Assembly (NCBI GenBank): GCA_002269645.1
Contig: NIVC01001888.1
Location: forward strand, 1 to 64,000
DNA length: 64,000 nt
Source: Macrostomum lignano
Taxonomy: Eukaryota
Direction of reading: 5' to 3'
Below, in pieces: positions 27,108 to 37,899 of the stretch. Made by a program: the position numbers and the translations under genes. The notes under the pieces were generated by a model that was given only the letters and a program-made list of their open reading frames with translations, did not search any database and was not told where the DNA came from. Position 1 is the stretch's first letter; the number at the start of each line of letters is the position of its first letter.

Positions 27108-27678
27108 TCTCCCTCTCCCTCTCTCTTCCTCTCCTTCTCCCTCTCCCTCTCCCTCTCCTTCTCCCTCTCCATCTCCCTCTTCCTCTCCCTCCCTTCTCTC
27201 TCTCCCTCTTCTCCCTCTCCCTCTCCCTCTCCTTCTCCCTCTCCATCTCCCTCTTCCTCTCCCTCCCTTCTCTCTCTCCCTCTCTCTTCCTCTCCCTCTC
27301 CCTCTCTTCACCCTCTCCCTCTCTCTTCCTCTCCTTTTCCCCCTCCCTCTTCATCTCCCTCTTCCTCTCCCTCTCCCTCTCCCTCTCCCTCTCTCTCCCT
27401 CTTCCTCTCTCTTCCTCTCCCTCTCCCTCTCTTCACCCTCTCCCTCTCTCTTCCTCTCCTTCTCCCTCTCCCTCTCCCTCTCCTTCTCCCTCTCCATCTC
27501 CCTCTTCCTCTCCCTCCCTTCTCTCTCTCCCTCTTCTCCCTCTCCCTCTCTCTTCCTCTCCTTTTCCCCCTCCCTCTTCATCTCCCTCTTCCTCTCCTTC
27601 TCCCTCACCCCCTCTCTCTCCCTCTCCCTCTCTTCTTCCTCTCCCTCTCCCTCTCTTCACCCTCTCCCTCTCCCTCCC
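27108..27678. repeat. Polypyrimidine (CTCTCC)n tract; shorter counterpart at 48410-48630
   Basis: Direct reading. Confidence 0.9.
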
Positions 27679-28544
27679 CATGCAACACAAAACCTCGAAC
27701 TTTCACTTCTCTCCCTCAGCTGCCCTCACCCAATTCAAATCTCACTGCTCCTCAGGCCGGCATGGCAACTCCCAGATCGCTCGAGTCGCTCCAGCAGCCG
27801 CAGACACCTGGGCTGGTCGAGAGGCGACCGCGAATTCCCGCTTGGAAACCGCTTGGCAACGGAGAGCCGTCTCCAGCTGCAGCCAGCCTGCGGCCTCTCA
27901 ACCCCGCTACCCTCAACCTTTAAGTCCACCTGGAAGTCGAGCCTTCAAACCGGTTCAAAAACCTAGAGCTGCCCTTAGCAACCGCCGCAGACCCACCTGT
28001 GGAGTCTCAACTCGACTGATTCTAAAAATAGCACAGCCGGCAGTGCAGGCGTCCTTGAACCTCACGCAAGGAGCAAGGACCCGAATAACTCTTGGTCTGT
28101 CCTTGCGGAACCTCAGCCACTGAGGCCCATCCCTCTCTGTAATATCCCAAGCTTTATTTAGCGTTAATTTCAGTCTTAAAACAAGCGCTGCATCTTTTTA
28201 ATGAATTCAACAAAATTTAGCAAAGATAATTGCATAGGAAATATTTACTAAGGCTTTGTACAAAGCAGCATATTGAGTTTATTTTATCCTACTTATATTA
28301 ACTGAATGTAATTACAAGTGGGCAAAAATTACTGGTTGTTATACTTTTAAAGTCATGCAGCTGAGCAAGAAAGTTGCGGTTATTTGCTTTGAAAATTACA
28401 AGCAGACAACTACAGAATCGTGTAACTCATGCAAAATTGAAGATGTAAGAAGCGATTCGGAAACAGTTTGGCCTTAAATGTGCAATCGAAATATTTTATG
28501 CGATGCGCCGATGGGAAATCAATTCAGAAGAGAGGCAAAAGCAA

Positions 28545-28765
28545 AGGGGTCAAGGGAGTCAGTGGGGTCAAGGGGAGTCAGTAGGGTCAAGGGCATTCAG
28601 TGGGGTCAAGGGAGTCAGTGGGGTCAAGGGGAGTCAGTGGGGTCAAGGGAGTCAGTGGGGTCAAGGGGAGTCAGTAGGGTCAAGGGCATTCAGTGGGGTC
28701 AAGGGAGTCAGTGGGGTCAAGGGGATTCAGTGGGGTCAAGGGGAGTTAGTGGGGTCAAGGAGGGT
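28545..28765. repeat. 18-19-bp minisatellite (GGGGTCAAGGGAGTCAGT); counterpart at 47215-47565
   Basis: Direct reading. Confidence 0.85.
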
Positions 28766-28940
28766 TAGTGGAATAAAGGTCAGCGATGCAATTGAGGATT
28801 ACAAGTACTTGGTACATTTTTTGTAAACAAAAATGAGCGCATCCGACGTCCTTAGTTCGATTCGCGTGCTATGTAACAATAAGGCAACAGTAATAGTAAC
28901 TTTTTCAACTCAAATCCCAATTTTTTAGAGGCCTTCTCTA

Positions 28941-29115
28941 GGGGTGTCCTGGGGTGCCGCTGTCTTGGGTGTCCTGGGGTGCCGCTGTCTTGGGTGTCCT
29001 GGGGTGCCGCTGTCTTGGGTGTCCTGGGGTGCCGCTGTCTTGGGTGTCCTGGGGTGCCGCTGTCTTGGGTGTCCTGGGGTGCCGCTGTCTTGGGTGTCCT
29101 GGGGTGCCGCTGTCT
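28941..29115. repeat. 25-bp repeat x7 in the TZF-1 3' region (x2 in arm 2 at ~47005-47055)
   Basis: GGGGTGCCGCTGTCTTGGGTGTCCT units. Confidence 0.9.
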
Positions 29116-29339
29116 CTTCGGGTGTCTTCCATGTTCAGTGCAGAAAGGCGCATCGGCGGCCGAACCTGCAGTGCCCGAGCTGAAGGCCAGGCAAGGCACG
29201 GTGCGGTACAGTGGGTGTCGAACCACCGACCTCAGCTCGGATTTTCCGTGGGCGAACCGGCACTTCGGACCGTAAGGACAGCTGCCGCTCTCCTGCGATG
29301 GCGATTTCGGTGGGCCATGAGTATGACCGGGCTGAGGCT

Positions 29340-29900
29340 ATCTATGACCCATGCCTGGCCTATGATGCCCATGACCTATAATATCATGACCTATGCCTGG
29401 CCTATGATGCCCATGACCTAATATCTATGACCTATACCTGGCCTATGATGCCCATGACCTATAATATCATGACCTATGCCTCGCCTATGATGCCCATGAC
29501 CTAATATCTAAGATCTATACCTGGCCTATGATGCCCATGACCTAATATCTATGACCTATACCTGGCCTATGATGTCCATGACCTAAAATCTATGACCTAT
29601 ACCTGGCCTATGATGTCCATGACCTATAATATCATGACCTATGCCTGGCCTATGATGCCCATGACCTAATATCTATGACCTATACCTGGCCTATGATGCC
29701 CATGACCTATAATATCATGACCTATGCCTGGCCTATGATGCCCATGACCTAATATCTAAGATCTATACCTGGCCTATGATGCCCATGACCTAATATCTAT
29801 GACCTATACCTGGCCTATGATGCCCATGACCTATATTTGGCATTTGATGCCCATGACCTATAATATCGTGACCTATACTACCAATTACTTATAATACTTA
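29340..29900. repeat. ~41-bp TGACCT-containing minisatellite in TZF-1 intron 2 (counterpart 46400-46790)
   Basis: TGACCTATACCTGGCCTATGATGCCCATGACCTAATATCTA-type units. Confidence 0.85.
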
Positions 29901-30509
29901 TGACCTATACTTTCTATGACTACTAGCCTCTCCGACGACCAATCCATATGACCACTGTATTCCAACCCATTTATATGACCATCAATCCATATGAGCATCA
30001 ATCTCGATGAGCACCCACTTCTATGACCATAAATCTCAATAACCAGAAGCCACTATGACGATCAATATCTATGTCCATCACACCATACGACCACGAATTT
30101 TTATGACAATCCTGTGACCATCAGCCTCCATGACCATCAATCCATGACTACGAATCGTTATGACCCATTAGTCTGTGGCTCTCAGACCCTATGACCATTA
30201 AACCCTATGCTTTACCAAAGCATTTCTATAAGCCAAGATGCAGTCTACTTCGCACTCACAGAGTAGTTCAGGCAGAGCTCTGTTTTGTACTTCTCAGTGT
30301 CCAAGTCTCTTCTCCTTGAGCCCTCCTGTTCCTCCATCAGCAGGTCGCTGACCAGCCGGTCGATGAGGCAGAAAGTGTCTTCGTCCGTGATGACACTGGC
30401 TTGCTCTGAAATATGAAATTTGGATGATGATTGTCTGGGATTATTGGCTGAGTTCTAATGTGTTGGGTATGTTGTAAACATGTGTTGTGACTCCAGACTT
30501 GATGTGTTT

Positions 30510-31300
30510 TGAATGTGTGCTGAATGCGTACTGAATGTGTGCTGAATGTGTGCTGAATGCGTGCTGAATGTGTTCTGAATGTGTGCTGAATGTGTGCTGA
30601 ATGTGTGCTGAATGCGTACTGAATGTGTGCTGAATGTGTGCTGAATGCGTGCTGAATGTGTTCTGAATGTGTGCTGAATGTGTGCTGAATGTGTGCTGAA
30701 TGCGTACTGAATGTGTACTGAATGTGTACTGAATGTGTACTGAATGTGTACTGAATGTGTGCTGAATGCGTATTGAATGTGTACTGAATGTGTACTGAAT
30801 GTGTTCTGAATATGTTCTGAATGTGTGCTGAATGTGTGCTGAATGTGTGCTGAATGTGTGCTGAATGTGTGCTGAATGTGTGCTGAATGTGTGCTAAATG
30901 TGTACTGAATGTGTGCTGAATGTGTTCTGAATGTGTTCTGAATGTGTGCTGAATGTGTGCTGAATGTGTGTAGATGTGTTCTGAATGTGTGCTGAATGTG
31001 TGCTGAAAGCGTGCTGAATGTGTTCTGAATGTGTGCTGAATGTGTGTAGATGTGTTCTGAATGTGTTCTGAATGTGTGCTGAATGTGTGCTGAATGTGTG
31101 CTGAACGTGTTCTGAATGTGTGCTGAATGTGTGCTGAATGTGTGCTGAATGTGTGCTGAATGTGTACTAAATGTGTGCTGAATGTGTGCTGAATGTGTAC
31201 TGAATGTGTGCTGAATGTGTGCTGAATGTGTGCTGAATGTGTGCTGAATGTGTGCTGAATGTGTACTAAATGTGTGCTGAATGCGTACTGAATCTGTAAT
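30510..31300. repeat. 11-bp minisatellite (TGTGTGCTGAA) in TZF-1 intron 1 (counterpart 44960-45590)
   Basis: Direct reading. Confidence 0.92.
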
Positions 31301-31695
31301 AAATGGGTGCTAAATGTGCAATAAATTCAATGAGCTGTCAATCAAAAATCCAGGTGTAGCAGAAATTTGCTTACCTTCGCTCAGTCGCTGCTCTCCATAG
31401 GCGGTCAATCCGGAACTGGAACTGCAGCTGCTCATGGCTGGCTATCAAAATTGCTGAGCTGTGGTGAAAAGTTGAGTAGTGAGTTCGGATGATTTTCAGT
31501 TTCAAGCCGCACAGATCCTCAGGCCGCTTTTATCGCCTTTGAAGGGAGGGGACGCCTCCTGAGCCAATGGGAGAAGCATGGAGAACCTCCGGGCCCCTTG
31601 AACCCCTCCCTCACCTTAGCGAATGGGAATCGCCCAGTTTCGAGCAAGCTTTGGGGTGAATAAATCTTGTATAGAAACTGGTGGCTGAGTGAAAA

Positions 31696-32180
31696 TCCGC
31701 CCCTCTGACACTCCTCAATCCGCCCCTCTGACACTCCTCAATCCGCCCCTCTGACACTCCTCAATCCGCCCCTCTGACACTCCTCAATCCGCCCCTCTGA
31801 CACTCCTTAATCCGCCCCTCTGACACTCCTCAATCCGCACCTCTGACACTCCTCAATCCGCCCCTCTGACATTCCTCAATCCGCCCCTCTGACACTCCTC
31901 AATCCGCCCCTCTGACACTCCTCAATCCGCACCTCTGACATTCCTCAATCCGCCCCTCTGACACTCCTCAATCTGCCCCTCTAAAACTCAATCCGCCCCT
32001 ATGACACTCCTCAATCCGCCCCTATGACACTCCTCAATCCGCCCCTCTGACACTCCTCAATCCGCCCCTATGACACTCCTCAATCCGCCACTCCGACACT
32101 CCTCAATCCGCCCCTCTGACACTCCTCAATCGGCCCCTCTAAAACTCAATCCGCCCCTATGACACTCCCCAATCCGCCCC
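31696..32180. repeat. 23-bp GC-box VNTR (AATCCGCCCCTCTGACACTCCTC), ~21 units, upstream of TZF-1
   Basis: About 5 units at the arm-2 position 44275-44395. Confidence 0.9.
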
Positions 32181-32711
32181 AGTTTCCGAATTCGAGTCCG
32201 GGAAACAAAAGGGCGGCTCGGGAAATCCCACCAGACTTTGAGATGCCGTGCAGGGAAGCAGCAGGCAAAGCGTGGGCGGCCAGCATTTCGTGCGGGGGAC
32301 TCGCACTGATCCTCCACAACCGCAACCTCAGCCAGGACTCAACCCCCGCAGATCCCCGCAGACTCCGGCTGCCTGTCTGCGGTCGGCCTCAGCTCCGACC
32401 TGCGAGCTCTCAAAGCCAATGGCGGAGCGCTGCGGCAAAACTCAAAGTGCTCAGTAGCGAGATGCGGAGCCATAAATCACAGGTGGGCAGCACAAACAGC
32501 AGCTCACACCTCACACCAGCTGCCTGCGTGGAATCAAAGCCTGGGCTTGCAAGCTGTCTGTAGGGTGGTGCATGTACTTTTAAACTCACCGCTTACAGTT
32601 GATCAAACACTAAACTACTAAAGTTTAGTTGAGTTGGTTTTGCTGGGCTTTGGTCTTTGTTGGAATTGGAAAACTAACAGCTGTGTGAATTAGCTTTTTG
32701 GGTTCATGTCA

Positions 32712-33118
32712 TTCAAATTGAGGTTCAGGTCATTCAGATTGAGGTTCAGGTCATTCAGATTGAGGTTCAGGTCATTCAGATTGAGGTTCAGGTCATTCAG
32801 ATTGAGGTTCAGGTCATTCAGATTGAGGTTCAGGTCATTCAGATTGAGGTTCAGGTCATTCAGATTGAGGCTCAGGTCATTCAGATTGAGTTTCAGGTCA
32901 TTCAGATTGAGGCTCAGGTCATTCAGATTGAGTTTCAGGTCATTCAGATTGAGTTTCAGGTCATTCAGATTGAGGTTCAGGTCATTCAGATTGAGGTTCA
33001 GGTCATTCAGATTGAGGCTCAGGTCATTCAGATTGAGTTTCAGGTCATTCAGATTGAGGTTCAGGTCATTCAGATTGAGGCTCAGGTCATTGAGATTGAG
33101 GTTCAGGTCATTCAGATT
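32712..33118. repeat. 21-bp minisatellite (GATTGAGGTTCAGGTCATTCA); absent from arm 2
   Basis: Direct reading. Confidence 0.93.
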
Positions 33119-33499
33119 GTGGCTTATAGGTATAGCTCGTAACCGTATTTTACAGAAGAAAATCAATTGGATTTAAACTGCGCAGGACCACCCATTGGGA
33201 AAGACAATGGGAATGACAGCTTTTGGCTCCGCTTCTGAATTCTTCACTCTGACTTCTCTCTCTCTCAGTCTCTCTCTCTTAGTCTCTCTCTCGCAACAAC
33301 CACCCCACCATGCGCACTGAAGAGGGGACGCCAAGCGTACACACAAACAAGGGGGTGCAAGGCACACGACTAACCCTAACACCCTCTAATAGAATTGGGG
33401 AGGTCAGATCATGGAGTCCCGGTGTTAACCAAGCCAGCATGCTTTACTTTAAAATGTAAAGAAAATGAAAATCCCTTCTGACTCTCCTCTCCCTGGCCC

Positions 33500-33900
33500 T
33501 CTCGCTTTCCCTCTCCTCTCCGCCCCTCTCCGCCCCTCTCCACCCCTCTCCGCCGCTCTCCGCTCCTCTCCGCCCCTCTCCACCCCTCTCCGCCCTCTCC
33601 GCTCCTCTCCGCCTCTCTCCGCTCCTCTCCGCCCTTCTCCGCTCCTCTCCGCCCCTCTCCGCTCCTCTCCGCCCCTCTCCGCTCCTCTCCGCCCCTCTCC
33701 GCCCTTCTCCGCTCCTCTCCGCCCCTCTCCGCCCTTCTCCGCCCCTCTCCGCCCCTCTCCTCTCCTCTCCGCCCCTCTCCGGCCCTCTCAGGCCCTCTCC
33801 GGCCCTCTATGCCTCTCTCCACCTCTCTCCGTCCCTCTCCGCCCCTCGCTGTCCCTCTCCGGCCCACTCCGCCTCTCTCCGCCCCTCTCCGCCCCTCACC
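33500..33900. repeat. 10-bp (GCCCCTCTCC)n array; related arrays at 40400-41085 and 43232-43960
   Basis: Direct reading. Confidence 0.9.
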
Positions 33901-34636
33901 GCGCTTTAAACAACTCCAATCTCCTCTCCTCTCTCTCAATCTCCCTTTCGCTCCTCAGGCCGGCATGGCAACTCCCAGATCGCTCGAGTCGCTCCAGCAG
34001 CCGCAGCCACCTGGGCTGGCCGAGAGGCGACCGCGAATTCCCGCTTGGAAACCGCTTGGCAACGGAGAGCCGTCTCCAGCTGCAGCCAGCCTGCGGCCTC
34101 TCAGCTCCGTCACCCCCTTCCCAATCCGAGTCTCGTTTGGTTGCTGGGGCCATGGGAGTTGGGAGACGGCCTGGAGACGCGTCAGTCTGAGATGGCCAGT
34201 CGAGTCCACCTGTGTAAAGCTGAGTTCTCGGCATCTCAACATTTCAAGATGGAATTGTATAAATGTATGCTAAAAATCAGGATTCTTTTTAAGTTTCAAG
34301 CTGCATAAATACTGAACTCCTGCTCAAGAAACTCAATTGTCAGTTGTGAAGAAAATATTCAGCTTTAAAATGAGAGAAAGACTGTGAAAACTGTGAAAAC
34401 TTTGAACTGGCCTCGACTGTCACTGCCATGCAGTATTCTGTCTCCACCCTCTGTCTCCACCCCCAGTGAAAGCGCGTCAGCCAATAGCAGGCCGCCTCAC
34501 ACCCACAGGTGAAGATGATTGTCCGCATGGAGTATATTAGAGTGAATAATTTCTCAGATCTCAGGCAGACTAATTCCAATTCTAGGCTAACTGAAATCCG
34601 CAACCTACAGCTTCACCCAGCTTCTCTGCCTCATCA

Positions 34637-35943
34637 ATGCAGCCGTCAAGGAATCGCAGCTTCATTGGCCTGAGGTGAGTTCTGAGAGCAGGTTTGAGTA
34701 CAGGTGTCAGATTTATGCATATATACTGACAATTAATCGCATCACTTCCTATTTTTTGCGTGTGTTGTGTAGTTTTACCACTTTTAAATATAAGCCCGGC
34801 CCTTTCTCTCTCTCACTTCTCTCCTATTCTATCTCTCCTATCTCGCTCTTCCAATTTTACGACCGATTAAAACTTCCACTGTCCGCCTGTTGCTAAATTT
34901 AGCTGTGTTAGCTCATTCTTTGTTATTTGTCCCACTAGTAATTGGACAACAGGGCATGCTTTTGAGACCTACTTAGCTCAGCAGTGTATAACCTCCCTGC
35001 CGTCCTGATCAAGCCTAAATATAAAACTTCCCTGCACTCTCTTCACAGCCCGCGGGTAGCTGGAGAGGAACCGCTTCCCATTGTGAAGCACATTCTGCAG
35101 CTGCAGAATCGGTACCTGCAGTACCTGCGGCAGCAGACTAACACCCAGCAGCAGCACCAGCTCGACACCCAGCAGCAGCACCAGCTCGAGACCCAGCAGC
35201 AGCTCCAGCTCGACACCCAGCAGCAGCACCAGCTCGAGACCCAGCAGCAGCTCCAGCTCGAGACCCAGCAGCAGCTCAAGCTCGAGACCCAGCAGCAGCT
35301 CCAGCTCGAGACCCAGCAGCAGCTCCAGCTCGAGACCCAGCAGCAGCTCCAGCTCGAGACCCAGCAGCAGCTCCAGCTCGAGACCCAGCAGCAGCACCAT
35401 TTCGAGACCCAGCAGCAACTCCAGCTCGAGACCCAGCAGCAGCTCAAGCTCGAGACCCAGCAGCAGCTCCAGCTCGAGACCCAGCAGCAGCTCCAGCTCG
35501 AGACCCAGCAGCAGCTCCAGCTCGAGACCCAGCAGCAGCTCCAGCTCGAGACCCAGCAGCAGCACCATTTCGAGACCCAGCAGCAACTCCAGCTCGAGAC
35601 CCAGCAGCAGCTCAAGCTCGAGACCCAGCAGCAGCTCCAGCTCCAGTTCCAGCCCGCTGCCGCCCCGCTGCCCAACGCCGGCCTGCAGCGCGCGGTGCTC
35701 GCCAGGAACGCCAGCCGGCCGCGCCGCCCCGTCTTCTGCGTCTTCTGCCGCAAGAACGGCGAGCCGGAGGCCTTCAGCAGCGGCCACACCCTGAAGGACG
35801 GCAACGGCAGCGTCGCCTGCCCGGTGCTCAGCCGCTTCACCTGCCCGCTGTGCGGCGCCACCGGCGGCAGCGCCCACACCGTGAAATACTGCCCGCTGGG
35901 CACCGGCCACGGCTGCGGCCGCAGGAAACTGACAGGACAGTGA
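34637..35943 (+). CDS. nanos: Nanos (nanos-A), ~310 aa from the ATG at 34637; exons 34637-34674 and 35049-35943; further 5' exons possible
   Basis: C-terminal FCVFCRKNGEPEAFSSGHTLKDGNGSVACPVLSRFTCPLCGATGGSAHTVKYCP is the Nanos double CCHC finger. Phase-2 intron CTGAG|GTGAGT ... TTCACAG|C keeps frame. ~21 LETQQQLQ repeats precede the finger. The start codon is tentative. Confidence 0.9.
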
Positions 35944-37524
35944 CAGCCCTGCACTCTCAGCACCTCTTAACACCTCACTCTTAACCTGCACTCTTAACAC
36001 CTCAGCTCTGCATGCACTCTCAACTGTAATGCAAACCAACTATAAGTAAAAATTTGCAATACTTAATTTTGTTTTCTGCAACCAACCTTTGCTTTAAAAT
36101 TAAAATTAATAAATAATAAAGGAAAAGAATATATTCAATAAGTAAGTCAATAAGAGCAATTATTGTATGTCTGCAATCGGTCAATTTGCCACATAATTGT
36201 ATAGTTCGCCTCTTGTTTTGTCTGAAAGTAATTTTAGGACTTTGTTTAATGAGTATACCGGTGTTCATCGTCCTGAGTTCGAGTTCTTGATGGCAGACAG
36301 ACTCAGTCGTTAGACTCTAACGTATTGCGCTATTCGAGATATTCGGCTTTCAATTCAATCAAAGAATCTAAAAATAAAGGTACATATGCGCTTCAGAAAG
36401 CAGGAACTTCTATTAATAACCAGTTGGGATATACAATCGAATTCTTTCAGTTGAACTGAAAACTGCAGTAGAGAGAAACACAAGAGCATCGGGAATCTGT
36501 GCGGTGATGGGGAATCTCGGGGAGGATCTGTCTGAGTCCTCGCCACCAACCGCTGATAGAAATCTCTGGCAACCACGAAATATTGAGCCGTAAACGTTTG
36601 CTGGGAATAGAAATATTGAAGCCCATTATAACTTGCTCTATACCAGATACTAGACTAACTACGAGTAGATAGGCCACTCAGCACACTTGCGTGTAAGCTA
36701 CTTTTAGTTCAGTAGTAAGTTAAACTGAAGCATTTTAATGTATTTTTAAAGACAGGCTTTTACCCCCTAAACTTAAACCCTCAAACTCCCCCTACCTCTA
36801 CCCCCCCGCCCGCCGCCAAAATTTTATTACCTTCCTCGGTGGTTCCAGCCTAAATCTGCCTTGTACATTTCAGTGGACTGGCTAATGTACATTATGGCTG
36901 AACCAATTAGCAAGCTGTTTTCTTTTGCAAGCTTGGGCTTCTAAATTTATCAAAGTCATTTCATCTGCCTTTATTCTATAAAATAGCTTGTGTATTATTC
37001 TTTATTGGTATACTGACTTAAAGTTGAAAGCTGTTTTACTAAGTATACATTATGCTTGAGTGCCCCAATCTAGTCATTTGCTCTATACTAATCTCATTTC
37101 CCTTTCCCACAGAACCTGCACGCTTTTAAGTGCCGAGAATGAAAAAAAAACTATAATTAGGATTTTGGTTTCATGTAACAAGTTTACCATAAGCACTATT
37201 CACTCTGACACAACAGTACACTGACACAACAGCACACTGACACAACAACACACTGACACATACATAACTCGCAACAGAAATATCCACCAGTTCTGTCCTG
37301 TGCATTAACATGGCTCACTATTCTAGAGAAAAGAAATTTTTAGAAACTGCGGTTGCTAAGCTAAGCCTTTTCGAACCGATTTGAGGCTGGGGTGGCGGAG
37401 CTGAGAGGCCTCTGGCTAGCTGCAGCTGGGGAAAGCTCTCCGTTGCCAGGCGGTTTCCAAGCGGCAACTTTGGTTGGCCTCTCGGCCCAGGTGGCTGCGT
37501 GAATGCTGTGTTAGGCTTCTCAAT

Positions 37525-37640
37525 TTCTATTGGTTAAAATTTGCTGACGCGCAGTCTCAGCTGTTCCCATTGGCTGAGAAAGCTTGCAATGACCGCCGAG
37601 CCCCCCCCCCCCCCGAGGCCTTCGATGGGACTATAAAATG
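37525..37640 (+). promoter_or_regulatory. Candidate promoter of TZF-3 (two ATTGG boxes, C-tract, TATAAAA)
   Basis: TTCCCATTGGCTG...CCCC...TATAAAA resembles the TZF-2 upstream region TTCTCCCATTGGCTC...CCCCTCCCC...GATAAAAG at 44700-44750. Confidence 0.45.
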
Positions 37641-37899
37641 TTTATATTATTCTAATCTAACCGAATTCAAGCAGCACAAAACTGAAACTCCGTAATTATT
37701 TAGTTTACAATCGTAATTTCGATTAAATAAAATAATCTGCGTAGGAACCATCACCGGCTGAAGCGCCCAATACTTACTTAGCTCGTATCAAGAAGAATCT
37801 AACCGAATTCAAGCCAACCTCGATTTTAACAGTTAACTGGAGCATTGTCAGCCAATATGGCAAGTTATATATCCTGACTGTCTTTAGGCTTCCTGACCC

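Larger units (their letters stand above)
29135..31435 (-). pseudogene. TIS11/ZFP36-like tandem CCCH zinc-finger gene, copy TZF-1, with a 1-nt frameshift in finger 2 (or a sequencing error); exons 31435-31375, 30405-30260, 29292-29135
   Basis: [20 protein letters not shown]|EQASV...KYKTELCLNYS|[40 protein letters not shown], then CCC at 29174-29176 where copy 2 has four. Canonical GT-AG junctions with matching phases. Confidence 0.85.
25650..36305 (+). repeat. Arm 1 of a large inverted segmental duplication
   Basis: Unique sequence matches the reverse complement of 41955-49754 block by block (e.g. 25650 TTTTTAATGTGACAG vs 49754; 28130-28540 vs 47570-47990; TZF and nanos exons; 36270 ATCGTCCTGAGTTCGA vs 41990). 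Confidence 0.93.

Noticed and set aside
34646-34674. SRNRSFIGLS as a Nanos NOT1-interacting motif (vertebrate F-x2-W-x-DYLGL)
   Set aside because: Only the terminal hydrophobic-G-L matches; the key aromatic residues are missing.
34978-36039. 353-aa antisense ORF with LELELLLG repeats (and 42205-42873)
   Set aside because: Reverse-strand shadow of the nanos 24-nt repeat and GC-rich finger region.
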